A stretch of DNA of 64,000 bases from Antedon mediterranea (Eukaryota; Animalia; Echinodermata), in NCBI RefSeq assembly GCF_964355755.1, contig NC_092670.1, positions 37,560,388 through 37,624,387 on the forward strand, written 5' to 3'. The notes under the pieces were generated by a model. It was not told the origin of the DNA and made no database searches. It was given only the letters and a program-made list of their open reading frames with translations. A program made the translations under genes and the position numbers. Positions 1-12,464 of this stretch are shown here, piece after piece; the first letter of the stretch is position 1, and each line of letters begins with the position of its first letter.

Positions 1-242
1 CTAAAAGTTTGTCAAAATGTACAATTTCAGCAATTGTGTACATTTATGGTGTTATCGTCCGAGTACCGCACCCCCTACTTTATGTAATATGTAAATCCAA
101 TATTCATTGAGCTTACTGTACGAATGTTTTGGTCTTATCCTTTTCAACTAGGCCTAGGTACTCATTTACAACTGAGTAGACATACATTATTTTTGTATGT
201 ATTTGTATTTCTTATATATTTTATGTTTACATTTTATTTTAG

Positions 243-343
243 AAATTTTCCACAAGATATCTCAGAATGAACTAATCCAGGCACGACCAGCTTCCATTCA
301 TTTTGCTGGCTTTGCACCTGGGAAGCTGCACAAACTGACGCTG
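243..343 (+). CDS. CFAP221: CFAP221 exon
   Basis: ttttag|AAATTTTC...ACGCTG|gtaagt; [23 protein letters not shown]. Confidence 0.88.
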
Positions 344-3300
344 GTAAGTATACTTTTAAAACAATGTAGGCCTACAGAAAAATATCTGGCCCAGAAACAA
401 TGTGATCTCCTGAAGACTGTAATAAAGAATTGGGCATGAAAGCCAATTTAGAATTAAACCTAAACTTTTTAAATGAAATAAAACTTGATCTTAATTTTGA
501 TAGGATTTCTTGATAATATTTCTTTTATGAATATTTAATTAGTTTATTTTCAACACTTATTTGCTATGATAAGTATTTTTGTATGTATAGACATGTTGAT
601 ATATTGTTTGAAGGTTTGCATGACGAAATCAAATGTTAGTACCACGTATATTAGTTCTGAAAAGAACTGTTGAATTTCTCGACGTTTCGATCAATATGCT
701 TCGATTGTCCTTAGGAGTGAGAAACCATGTTGAGGATTAAAACTCACACCATATGTTGATCCTTTTTTTGTAATTGCAGTAGAGTCACAAAGAGTTTTAA
801 ACAAATTTATCAATATAATAACCTACTCTTGTTGCTATTCAGACATTAGGAAATGTATCCACTGAAGTTGTCAAGATGCATATAATCCCACCAACCACAA
901 AATATTTCAAAATTTGGTACACGAAAGGTGACAGACTTGTGCCTGGACTTACAATGGATTGCACGATTGAGTTCAGACCGGACGAATGGCGCTATTTCTA
1001 TGACTGCATAAGAATACATTGTAAAGGGGATAGTAACTTAATTGTGCCCATTCATGCATATCCGGTTATGAACACATCAGACTTTCCTCAGATTGTACGG
1101 TTTCCACCAACTCCGATATCGCAGAGGTATATATATAGCAATTATTTTTATTTAATTTATTAAAGATGTATTGTCCCCCAAAAACATGAAAAATGAAGAT
1201 TAATAAAATCAGACTTTGAATAGTTTATTTCGTAGTTTTAATGAAGTTACTTCCGTAGGAAAAAAAAAAAAATTTTTTTTTTTTTTCACTTATAAAATAA
1301 AAAAAATAAATGAATAAATTCAATTAAAAATCTATTGGCTGGCAGCCAATTTTATTATTTCTTGCTTTAAGTTACAGTTTTTTCAATTAAACACATTGTT
1401 TTTTTATCCAATTTTTGGTCAAAGTGGATAACTATTGTGATATTAAAATGGCATATTAAACAAAAAAAAATTTTTCGGGGGGATAATCTTTAAATTAATT
1501 AAAATATTGTAGATTTCGGACATTGTTCAATTAGGAAACCTTGTGAATAAATAATTGTTTTTTTTTCTTTTAGTAAAACTCAATCGTTTCCGCTAAGGTG
1601 TCATGTACCAATCGACTTTGAATTCTTGATCACATATATCCAGCCTCACCCGTCCTTTTACGTGGAACCGATTAAAGGTGTTGTACCAGCCAATGGAGAG
1701 TGCAGAATATCTATAACGTTTACACCGACGGATTACACCACAGCACATTTAAAATTCCAGGTGTTCATATCGCAATTCGAATCCAAGCCATTGGTTTGTG
1801 CTGTTTCTGGTAATTCTGCCCCAGGATTAGCTCAGTAAGTGTTTTTATCTGAGAAATTGTGATATTCTATATAAATTAAAGATTATATTGTCTAAAAAAA
1901 TTTTTTTTATTTCATTGTGTGTTGAATATGCCATTTTAATGTCACAAACAGTTATTCACTTTCACCAAACACTGGATCGAAAAAAAAATTATTTACCTGA
2001 AAAAAATGTAATTTAAAGCAAAAAGTAATTGTTTTTGATTAAAATTAAACTGTTTTAATTTTTTATAAGTGAAATAATTAATTTTTAATAATTTAATTTT
2101 TTTTATATAAAAGTGAATAAAAAATTGGGCTAATAAAAGTCTAATTTTATAAATCTTTATTTTTCATGATTTTTTGGGACAATACATCTTTAAGGTAATA
2201 ATAATATTTATCATTATTGTATGTGATAACATTTGTCTTATAGAGAGTAATAATTGTCTTTTTTTCATCAGGACTGAGTTGAATCTTAAAACCAATGACC
2301 TATCTGATGCGACCTCTAATCTTGACCCACGTTCAATAACTCCTATCGGATTAGCAAGGAAAAAGAAGCTAGCAAAAATTAAAAAGCGTCCCCAAGTTTC
2401 AACAGCCAAAATCAAAGCAACCAAAAAGGAAGTTGAAATAGATGGGATACGATTTCCGCCAAACTTGAACTCACAGCATGCTGTAAATAGTGTACTGCTT
2501 CAACAAGCCGGCAAATTAAGAGTTAAAGATCTTCGAGAAGGTTTGAATTAAATTATTTAGTTCTTGAAATTATTTTCAAGGATTTGGTTCTTTTTGGCCA
2601 AATTAATTAATTAATTAATGACTTTTATGTATTAATATCTTTTAAGCAGTTTGTTAATTTCTGTTTCAGCTGTTTTATCCAAAAAACATGGTCAAAGTTC
2701 AACCAGACAAATGAAGGTAATCTATAATTCATTTCTTTGTAACAAAACTATTCTGCACTATCATGTGTAGTGTTATAATGCAGGTGCAATGCCTCCTGGT
2801 TTAGCACTCCTAAAGGGTAGTTGAATTAGGGCTTCTCATGCCTTTTGCCCCTTAAGTTTTAGGGCCCAACCTGGTGGCGCTCATAGCCAATAAGCGCTCA
2901 TAGACATTACGCCACTAAACATGAGATTAAAGTTGTTCTAAAGTTATACACAAAAATGTTTTGGCATATCTTTATAATTATTACTTCTCTACTAGGAGGC
3001 GCTATTTGAGAAAGAGCTTAAAGAGGACATTGATGCTGAAAGACGAAATCAGCTTAGATGGTAAGTAATCACATGTTCTCAAATACAAAAAATGTGGTTC
3101 ATTATGTTCATATTAGCACAGACGGTTTTCATTTAACAACTAGATTTGAACTTTTGGATTTTTTACATTTTTGAACAGCATTAAGGGTCTTTCACACCTG
3201 TTCCTGCACCGTTCTGGTCCAGCGGCGGCAAATCAAAACGAACGTCAATGTTTTGTTTTCATGCGGCTGCGCGCATATCGATTGGCGCATAAACCAATCA

Positions 3301-6300
3301 TTGATGTTCGATTCGCCGGAACCGTGCTGGTACAGGTTTGGAAGACCCTTTACTCCTGTACTGTTTTTTCTTGGGTCTCTGTTCTTTCTGACACCTGGAA
3401 ACATTTTCCCAAATTCCAGTTGTGAATGGTATTTTATTTTACCTGATTGTTTATTGTAGTAGTATATTTGTATACTTTCGTCCGCTCCTTTCCTCTCTCT
3501 CTTTTCTATAACTTACCAATACCAGTGTTGTATTTCTTTACAGGCAAGTTTGTCTCGGTAGGAAAAACATCTCGATAGAAGAACGGCAAGAAATTCTTGA
3601 TAGTAGAGCAGAGGCTTTACAAGATTATCATGTAGGTTCAGTCAACCAATCAGATGCAACAATCCTTCAATTATGGTGGAAAATATATATAGTATATATA
3701 TATATAGTATATATGTATATAAATCCAAAGGCAAAATACTGAAAAAATGACAATGCTGTGGGTATACTATCAGTTGGCTGGATCTCAATGGACATACAAA
3801 AAAAGAGCGAAAAGTTAAATCAAAACGATAAAGTAAAACAGCCAGAAAAGTTAGCAAAGCTTTCAAGCAACACTAGCCCTTCATCTGTGCAAGTGAAAGT
3901 ATATATAGATATATAAAATTTATAATTACATTAGCATTTTTATTAACTATTGTAATTAACAATATTTTGTGTATAGCATTCTTCATCACTATAATCATGG
4001 AGAAATAACTCCATTCTATAATAAACAATAGTCATTAAGATTACTTGTTATTTTTCTTTTTTTTAGTTTAAAAGGGGAGACCCTATACCACATGTGGAAT
4101 TCGGTAGAGAAGAAACTGGCTATTCTACAAGACGAACATACAGATTAGCTACCTCGATACCATCCCATGAACCAACATTCGATACATATAAAAATAACAT
4201 GTGGTGGTTACGACATGAAACAATTAACAGGTTTCAGCAAGCAGCTAGAAAAGTTATTATCAGAAATCGAGTAAACAAAAGGTTACCAATCATTAGAAAA
4301 CTGATTGATGAATTTAAATCTGGCAGAGCCGGCAGGCCCCTTTCAGGTAACCATAGTGTCAACATTTTCTAAGTTTATCGTAGATACAGTTTTACATGAG
4401 ATATTGACTTCCCTAAAATAAATGGAAGAGTCAATACTTATATTCATTCTTCAATCAATTAGTCATTCAAAATCAATTTATTCCATAAAACTAATAGTAC
4501 AGGAAAGATATGCTCAGAATCAGTAAAAGGTTGAAAAAATTGCAACAGAATTTTTTTCACCACAATGCATTTCTATAAGGTCCCTATATGAACATTCTAA
4601 AAGTCTAGAAAAATCCAGGTAGGGGAAATAGGTTTTTTTAAACAAAATGGCCGCCAATGGCGAAAAATGTCTAAAAATGAACAAAAAACATATATTTTAT
4701 ATCTAATTACCACTTGATAGCAGTTTTTATAATGCTTTTTATATTTCTTTAGTGTCAAAGATTTAAACTGCAATATACATATTAATTTAAATGCTATTTA
4801 GCAGCAAAAACACACATTTAAGTATCAAGATATCACCACGGTTATAATAATAGACAACGTAGTCCTATGCATTATAATGCAGGACTACGGTGTCTAATAA
4901 AACAGTTCATTTACATTTGTACTGTCACAACAATAGAATTATACAATCTTAGAATCTATTAATCCATTCATTTTCATTGTCCAGTTATCATCCTCTGTCT
5001 ATAGGTAGGAATTAAGCATGTGCTGATGCCGTGGTATTCGTCACAAACAGTGGTACTGGTGGTAAATTTGTCATCAATGGACACATCACACCATTTGTAA
5101 CTTTCCATCCCCCAGTCTGTGGGTTGAAGAGTACTTTCTATCCACTGCTGTACCATGGTAATATACACACAGGGAATGACATTTTGCAGCATTTGTTGTA
5201 GGGGGTATAGACTTTATTTCAAGTGCTGTTTTGCTTTTTGCTACTTTCTCCCAGAACGTATTCCTCCTCCATACAGTATAGCTACCAATGCCAATTCCTC
5301 TGATGCGATGGTTTCTTTTTTTTCGGAGACGTTTGGTTTTACAGAGTTTGTAAGCATACTACTGCCCAGGTGTTAAGACTTTTTAAGACCTTTTCCTATA
5401 CCAAATAGATAGGATGTAGTATCATATCCCTGGATTCCATGTATAAAAAGCAAACTAATTTTTACAGAGCTTCACACCAAGGACAGACTTTACATGCATT
5501 CACAGTGCTCCCCCATCGAGAACATACAGTATTAAATCAATGAATGAAGCAACCGTGACAGAATATAAATTTAAGAGGAAAGAACACATGGGTCAAACCA
5601 ACCATATTCATCAATAAAGAAGCAGTGCACATTCCCTCACATATACTATTTCATCATCTATGTGAGACAGTCATACACAATGCATCATTTGGTCAAAAAA
5701 AAAATCTTATACTTTTCCTGCAGCCCTCTTTTACTCCATTGACTCCATACACACTGCTAGACTACTCACAAACCTTCATCTCACTGCCCACTGTTTGCTA
5801 CATCAAACCTCTTGGCCCGAAACAGCAACATTTCAAGACACTTATTATGTACCATGTATGTTTGTTACGTTATGTGAAGGCAAAGTAAACTATTGTGTTT
5901 AATGGCTATAATTATGGGCCGTAAGTAAATTTGGTTTAGGAAAAGGTGTTGGTCTTAAAAATCATCACATCACAGTAGGAGTTGTATGTCAAATTCTGTA
6001 AACCAAACAGTTTCCAAAAAAAAAAGAAAACATTGCATCAGGAATTTGGCATTGGTACCTATATATTATGAAGGGAAGTCAATGGAGACTTTAGACAGCC
6101 TCTTTTCTTTGAGAAAGTTGCAAAAAGCAAATCTATTCCCTTGCTGCAAAATTTCATTTCGTGAGTCTTTATTACCAGGTATAGCAGTGGATAGGAAATA
6201 CTCTTCAACCCACAGACTAGGGATGGAAAGTATTGATGACAAATTGACTACCAGCACCAGAGAAACTATTAAAGTTGATTAGATGTACCTATAAATAAGG

Positions 6301-9300
6301 TTGTAGTAAAAGGAATTGCCGTTGCAGAAAATATGGTTTGGACTGCTGCTCCACTATTTTTTAAGAATGCCACGGCATCAGCACATGCTCAATTCCCCAC
6401 CAATAGATGGAGGATGAGATATGACAAGATGAAAGTGAAATTACCGCATTTATTTGAATAAATGCCCTTGGTGGTTGATTTTTAAGGAGGGTAGTGGGGG
6501 CGTGTAATCGTCGTGAGGAGTTTATTCGGAGAGGCGTATATTTTTGTGGGTGTAATGTGGGAAACGTGTATAATCAAATAAATACACCCTTTAGATATGA
6601 ACAAATACAACACCATTCAGTGAATTCTATTACAAATAGAGATGTGTTAAAATACAATATTGTGTATAATATGCATGTGGCGGGGCGTACATTCGAGGAA
6701 ATAAATTCAAAATGATGTCCGATGGGGGAGGGGGTGCGGTGGCGTAGGTTATTCAAAATGATGTCCTATGGAGGGGGAGGGGGGCATTTATTCGATTTTT
6801 CTAAATGTAGCGTTTATCCGAATAAATACGGTAATAGATTGTGGCGCAAGGATTTTCCCGATGAGGGGGAGGGGAGGGGTGGAGAGCGCAGCCAGCATCA
6901 ATTGGCTGGGCCATCAATGGGAGCGCACCCACAGGTTCCGATAATATTATACCGGTAAAGGGTAGTTTTACTCACTTTTAAAAATGAAAATCCTTGAAAC
7001 AGCACTCAATGGGGTATTGTTTTATATTAGGAAATATCATCATATTGTCTACATAAAAAATAGCCAATTGTGGAGAGGGGATGGGGGAACGGACAGACTC
7101 CCTCACCCTTCCCATTTGATCTCCCATCCCTATACCCCTCCCCACTGGCACCACCAATGTTGTAATATATTGTTATAACAGTACAAATGTGAATGAACTG
7201 ATTTATTAATAGACACCGTAATCCTATGTATTAAGCATAGGAAGAACTGCGTTTTATATATTATTATAACAATAGGGATATATCTAGATACTTAAACATT
7301 TGTTTTTCGGCCATTTTCTAATTAACAGCACTTAAAATAATGTGTTTATTGTAGGTCAGATCTTCGAAATTGTAGAGAAATATATAAACCATTGTAAAAA
7401 CTGTTATAAAGTGGTAATTAGATCTATCATTTATGTTTTTTTGTCCTTTTTTAGGAATTTTTGCCATTGGCGGCCATTTTGTTTAAAAAAACCTATTTCC
7501 CCTACCTGGATTTTTCTAGACTTTTAGTATATTCATATAGGGACCTTATAGAAATGCATTGTGGTGAAATAAATTCTGTTGCAATTTTTTCAACCATATT
7601 TCATAGTTTTCCTGTACTATAAGGATATGTACAAAAATGTCTTCTCCTAAATTACTTTATATATTCAATGAATATGATTAACATCATCAAGCTATGAGGC
7701 TAAAGTGGAATGCTGTCCAATCCAAGGGTCATAGTTCAAATCTGTCTCGGACCAGCCTAACAAAGCACCACTATCTATAAGGCAAGGGTACATTTTTCAA
7801 TTTTGGAAGTGCTAAATTTGTTGTGTTATTCAGGGCCGTAGCCACCAGTGTGGTTGGTAAGGTTTCAACCTTTTTGACAGAGGCCTTTGACAATCCCGTG
7901 GGCCTCACAAGGGATTGTTCCTCTTGGTGCGACAACTGCATCACTTTTATTCTCATTTCTACAGCACTGGTGTTTAATATTAGACCTTTAATTTCAATAC
8001 TTTTTACAAATTGATTTTCTTGCAGTTACATATGGAGAAAGATTAGATGAGGAAATCCTAAAGGATGTTCCTCCTTTGGATATAAGTACGGATAGAGTTA
8101 AATCGTGGGCGTTTCCATCGTATACCTCTCCTGATTATAAGGATGACATGGCACCAGACGCATTAGGTCTGGTGCCAACTAGGAGGTCAGACGTGGTGGT
8201 CAAAAAGGAAATATCTTTCTCAGACTTATCTGTAAGTTTTAATTTAGTATCGTTCGTTTTCACCAATGATCATCATTTTTTGTTATCAATTATACCTAAT
8301 TAACCAATCTAATGAGACTTAAGCTCTGTCTACACTGTCAAACTTTATGTGACAAAAAAATGTGATGTGTCCATATATGAACAAGATAATGTTATATATA
8401 TGAAAATGATAATGTTATATCACTACCATATTTGGCCATATCACTATCATATTTGGCCATATCACTATCATATTTGGCCATATCACTACCATATTTGGGC
8501 ACAAACTAGTTTGATAGTGTAGTAGTTTATCCATCCTGTTATTAAGAAATTGCGTGCTATTGTATGGGTATGTAAAAAAAAGTATATTTTCTTTCAGGTA
8601 CCAAGGCATTATAAATCAATGGGCTACCAACCACATAGTGTTCACCAGGCATCTCTGGGTTATGTTCCACCAAAGTTAGCAAGACCACTGAGAAATGGAG
8701 CTGATGTAATTATAATTATTATGTATATAATTATATTAAACTCATCAATTTATCATGATTATTTACTCATACCACCTAGACCTAATCTTAAGCTCTGTCT
8801 ACATTATCAAACTTTATGCGACAAAAACAAATGTGATGTACCAAATATGGACATAATGATGTCCAGCTCTGTCTACACTATCAAACAAGTTTGACCAAAA
8901 AAGTATGATGTGTCCAAATATGGTAGTGATATAACATCATCATGTCCATGTATCCTGTATGGGCACATCACATTTTTTTGTGACAGAAAGTCTGATAGTG
9001 TAGATAGATAAGGCTTTATACTTTCTTTCATATACCAATGTATTATGCTTCATCAGCATCTTGTTTCAATTCCATTAGGATGAAGTAATAAATATGCCAT
9101 TACCTCAGACAGCCTGGACAGATGAACAAATGGAGAATAGCCAAGAAGACCATCTGGTTACTACACCAGGACCGGGAAAAAACACTCTACAGTTAGTACC
9201 ACCAGGTGCACTATTTAAACCCACAGAGTACCCACCATTGCATATATTTGTAAGTTTCTAGTGTTCTTTAGTAGACCTCCTAGGCTACTAAAAATTTATT

Positions 9301-10166
9301 TAGTTAATAGACCTCTTAGGCTACTAAAATAAATTTTCTGAAGTTTTTTTATAAAAAGCTATTGGTAGCCTTTTCTCTTCACACTGCATGCATACAATTA
9401 TTGACTTTTTGTATATTTCTTTTTTATCTTTAGAACCCTTGTCCCGGACTACAGACATTCCTGCCACCGTTACCTTATTCGGAAGTTGACCCAGACTTTA
9501 ACCTTTGCCCTTTACCACAATATAACCATAGCAACAAGAATAGTAAACATGGAAACACAACAAAAATATTCCTTGATAGAGAGGTAAGGAGTTTATTTTA
9601 AACAAGACTATGAAAGTACATTTAATTTTAAAGCTTTTTATTATCGTGGTACATTAATTTTGTGCAATGTTGTAAGCTATTGGTAAAGGTAACATTCAAA
9701 GGACCTAAATACCCCCTTTTGTCATCTGAAAAAATGTCGCGTTCATGTCACATACTGTACATTCAGCGTACAGTGGGAAGTATTAATTAAGCAGATTACG
9801 ATCTTTTATTAGATTAAGTTCATTAACAGAATCATGTCAATTATTTCCTTTGTAGGATGTCATTAAGAATGTGATGCAGTGGAAAAAGTTCCCATCCCAA
9901 GGTCTTGTGTCACTAGCCAACACTCCAACACTAACCAATGTCTGGGTGCCTAGGTGGTGAGTTTGTCAAATCAAATATTTTTGAAATGTATTTTATTACT
10001 GAAGCAATTGGTATTTCTTTCTTTCTTTATCTTTCTTTACATTGGCAGTGTATAAATGATGTTTGTTTCTGTCCTCAAACTTTATGTGAAAAAAAACATT
10101 TTGATGTGCCCATATATATGGACAAAATAATGTCATATCACTGCCATATTTAAGCATATCCCCACC

Positions 10167-10197
<31 letters not shown>

Positions 10198-12464
10198 TAG
10201 ATAGATAGATAGATAGATACAATTTTATTCGTCATAAAATAAGTAAAATTATTTGAAAATTGTCTTCCTTGGCAAGAATATAAATATAAAAAGACCATAT
10301 ATAACATATTTAAAATACTAATAAAACAAATTATACCAAAATATTTATAATATACTGTACAGGTATGAATAGTGAATATTGGGGTACATCACACTTTTTT
10401 GTCTAGATTGCTAGTGTAGACAGAGCTTTACATTTATAAAAATCCTTACTATTGGAAGAGCTGTGACTCTTTGAAGAGGGCATATTTCAATATTAATTGG
10501 AAAGGCAAGCTATAGATTATAGCCTTAGTTAGTAGAAACCCTCAATTGGGACACTGCTATTCATTGGACACCCCTAATAAGGGGACACTTTATTGTGAAA
10601 CAAGTGAGATGAAATATATGTTTTAACACTAATACTGCCAACCCACATTCAGGGGGCACCTCTATTAAGAGGACACTAAAGCTCTGTCTACACTATCAAA
10701 ACTAGTTTGACAAAAAAAGTGTGATGTGGCCAAATATGGTAGTGACATGCTTGAATATGGTAGTGATATGACATCATCATGTCCATATGGCCACATCACA
10801 TTTTTTTGCTACATAAAGTTTGATAGTGTAGACAGAGCTTAATGTTTTAAGACTTTATTGGGTACCAATGGTGGCCCCCTAATAGGGTTCCGCACTATAT
10901 CACTATAATATCTCTTGTTTATATTCAATACTTTGATTATCATCTCCATGGTGATTTTAGGACGGATCCATTCAGTTCAGAATTACTTCCAGTATCAGTT
11001 CCCCCATTGCTGGATGGCTTACCAGAAGAAGACAAGGAAAATATTCTCACAGAAAATTGGTAATTTAAATTTATTTTTGACATGTTGTCATTTATTCAAA
11101 GTATAGATTTCTTTCAATTTTCAGGTAAAATTTGTATGTTCAATAAGTTTTATTTTGTTTTTGTTTTAAAGTGATGAGGATGAAGAACGTGACAATGAAG
11201 GAGAAAATCTTCTAATGCTTACACCCAATATGGTGAGAGCAGAATTTACACTCATAGACCGCCCTCTAACACCCGATGATAAAGAAACTGATGAGTTTCC
11301 TTACGGAACTAAGTTGCCATCACACAATAACCCAGTGTCCAGTACAGGCCCTGTACCTAGGTAAGGAATTGTGGGAAACAAGTTAATTTGTGGGAATTTA
11401 ATTGAATTGAACTTTGGGAAATAAGATGAATTATAGGAAATTAGGTGAATTGTGAGAATTGAGTTGAATTGTGTGAAATGAATTTAATTTTGTGGGAAAT
11501 GAGTTGAATTGTGAGAAACAAGTTGAATTGTAGGAAATTAGTTGAATTGTGTGAATTGAGTTTAATTTCATTCATTCATTCATTCTGCTTTTATTCAATA
11601 TTTCTCTTTGCAGTATATAATTTATTTCATTTGTTTAAAAAAACTACATATACATATGGGAATTGAATTATGGTGTTGGGAATTTATATTCTTATTTTTC
11701 TTATATTTATACACCAATAAATTACTACAAAAGATTGAATGACTTGAGTATTTTAATCTTTGTATAGTAAACAATTCCTTTATGGGGTCAAATGATAACA
11801 TTGTTATCATTTTAGCCTGAACACTGATTCATAGATACCGTACCACTACTACTATAGTTTAAACATTCCTTTGTTGTGTTGAGTATTCCTGTTATTCTAG
11901 TTTTATTAGTAACTTATTGTACTGTAACTCTGTAAATTGTATATAGATACAATACATTCTGATCATACAAAAGATGTTTAACCCATTTTTAAAGCAATGA
12001 ATTGAAATTTAGTGACGGTTACTAACTACTTCTGTTATTTGAACTTTAAAAAAATATATCCAAATAAACCTATTAACAAGGTACAGTCCCCGTCCCTCTG
12101 TCTCCCTCTCTTTCTGAAAATCCTTGGGGTAAATGACAAACTGCAATCAATTCAATTTCCATCTCAATATCCATCCATCCATCCAAGAATTCAGACAATA
12201 TTTTGTCGTGACATATCAGTGTTTTCAGTGTTTGTAGAGAAAATGATTATTATCATTATATTTATCTTCTATCTTTAACTTTGTTCAAACAATGTTTTTA
12301 TTTCCATTTATATGCAGTACTGTAATTATATTTTCAGAGAAAAACGAGAACAAGAACTTGAGGGCTTTCTACTGAAACGATACAACCAATTGGGTCAGAA
12401 GATACAATCTACGATAAACAGTATGCATAGCTTACTAACGGATCCAAAGTTAGCACTCAAATAA
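243..12464 (+). CDS. CFAP221: CFAP221 (PCDP1) cilia/flagella-associated protein, spliced, 5' end upstream of the window
   Basis: 16 GT-AG exons with consistent phases: 243-343, 843-1126, 1574-1834, 2272-2540, 2670-2716, 2996-3060, 3544-3631, 4067-4346, 8026-8231, 8598-8705, 9079-9249, 9434-9583, 9856-9956, 10961-11059, 11172-11360, 12338-12464 (TAA). Peptides [18 protein letters not shown]...[17 protein letters not shown]...[12 protein letters not shown] and [14 protein letters not shown] are recognisable CFAP221 motifs. Confidence 0.93.
843..1126 (+). CDS. CFAP221: CFAP221 exon
   Basis: ttcag|ACATTA...CAGAG|gtatat; [17 protein letters not shown]. Confidence 0.92.
1164..1489. mobile_element. 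Kolobok-like MITE (~320 bp), copy 1
   Basis: TTAA on both sides; termini AGATGTATTGTCCCC...GGGGATAATCT; homologous to 1880-2189 and 29156-29474. Confidence 0.7.
1574..1834 (+). CDS. CFAP221: CFAP221 exon (261 nt, phase 2-2)
   Basis: tttag|TAAAACT...GCTCA|gtaagt; PIDFEF...[17 protein letters not shown] (Ig-like/ASH-type domain). Confidence 0.9.
1880..2189. mobile_element. Kolobok-like MITE, copy 2 (inverted relative to copy 1)
   Basis: TTAA flanks; reverse complement of copy 1 (ends GGGACAATACATCT). Confidence 0.7.
2272..2540 (+). CDS. CFAP221: CFAP221 exon
   Basis: catcag|GACTGAG...GAGAAG|gtttga; [32 protein letters not shown]. Confidence 0.9.
2670..2716 (+). CDS. CFAP221: CFAP221 exon
   Basis: ttcag|CTGTT...ATGAAG|gtaatc; TRQMK, phase fits neighbours. 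Confidence 0.85.
2996..3060 (+). CDS. CFAP221: CFAP221 exon
   Basis: ctag|GAGGCG...AGATG|gtaagt; [22 protein letters not shown]. Confidence 0.88.
3544..3631 (+). CDS. CFAP221: CFAP221 exon
   Basis: tacag|GCAAGT...TATCAT|gtaggt; [18 protein letters not shown]. Confidence 0.85.
3715..3895 (-). repeat. Dispersed repeat (possibly Penelope-like terminal relic); other copies at ~30310-31270 and ~48450-48680
   Basis: Shared blocks AAATGACAATGCTGTGGGTA...GATCTCAATGGACATACAAAA...AGTAAAACAGCCAGAAA...CACTAGCCCTTCATCT. Confidence 0.6.
4067..4346 (+). CDS. CFAP221: CFAP221 exon
   Basis: ttttag|TTTAAA...TTCAG|gtaacc; [11 protein letters not shown]...[14 protein letters not shown]. Confidence 0.9.
4495..7619. 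mobile_element. Decayed Academ DNA transposon with very long inverted arms
   Basis: TAG...CTA termini (TAGTACAGGAAA / TTTCCTGTACTA) and 3-bp TSD TAA. Inverted similarity runs for hundreds of bp. Minus-strand relic peptides [21 protein letters not shown] (XPG-like motif) and [15 protein letters not shown] are typical of Academ transposases. Confidence 0.78.
6444..6831. mobile_element. Tc1/mariner(pogo)-type MITE nested in Academ
   Basis: TA|CCGCATTTATTTGAATAAATG ... CGTTTATCCGAATAAATACGG|TA. Confidence 0.6.
8026..8231 (+). CDS. CFAP221: CFAP221 exon
   Basis: tgcag|TTACA...TTATCT|gtaagt; FPSY...DDMAPDALG. Confidence 0.87.
8322..9010. mobile_element. Copies of the abundant Harbinger-type MITE flanking the exon at 8598-8705 (8322-8522 and 8791-9010)
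   Basis: TIR AGCTCTGTCTACACTATCAAAC; internal 21-bp repeats ATATCACTACCATATTTGGCC. Confidence 0.75.
8598..8705 (+). CDS. CFAP221: CFAP221 exon
   Basis: tttcag|GTACCA...GCTGAT|gtaatt; [12 protein letters not shown]...ARPLRNGAD. Confidence 0.87.
9079..9249 (+). CDS. CFAP221: CFAP221 exon
   Basis: ttag|GATGAA...ATATTT|gtaagt; EYPPLHIF. Confidence 0.87.
9434..9583 (+). CDS. CFAP221: CFAP221 exon
   Basis: tttag|AACCCT...AGAGAG|gtaagg; NPCPGLQ...[14 protein letters not shown]...FLDRE. Confidence 0.88.
9856..9956 (+). CDS. CFAP221: CFAP221 exon
   Basis: tgtag|GATGTC...AGGTG|gtgagt; [17 protein letters not shown]. Confidence 0.88.
10170..10218 (+). repeat. (GATA)n microsatellite inside a MITE copy (10068-10428)
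   Basis: atagatagatag... run. Confidence 0.85.
10680..10839. mobile_element. Intact 160-bp PIF/Harbinger (Tourist-like) MITE, reference copy of a family with at least 16 copies in the window
   Basis: TAA|AGCTCTGTCTACACTATCAAA...TTTGATAGTGTAGACAGAGCT|TAA. It sits inside an older degenerate MITE (~10530-10897). Other copies near 15212, 18218, 20846, 25630, 27460, 34000, 36646, 43057, 44960, 50194, 54229, 54740 and 62040. Confidence 0.85.
10961..11059 (+). CDS. CFAP221: CFAP221 exon
   Basis: tttag|GACGG...AATTG|gtaatt; [24 protein letters not shown]. Confidence 0.86.
11172..11360 (+). CDS. CFAP221: CFAP221 exon
   Basis: taaag|TGATGAG...CCTAG|gtaagg; [10 protein letters not shown]...[11 protein letters not shown]. 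Confidence 0.84.
11363..11570 (+). repeat. Degenerate ~20-bp tandem repeat (GAGTTGAATTGTGGGAAAT)
   Basis: About 10 imperfect units directly after the exon donor at 11360. Confidence 0.7.
12338..12464 (+). CDS. CFAP221: CFAP221 last coding exon
   Basis: tttcag|AGAAAA...CTCAAATAA; REKREQELE...YNQLG...LALK*. Confidence 0.85.
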
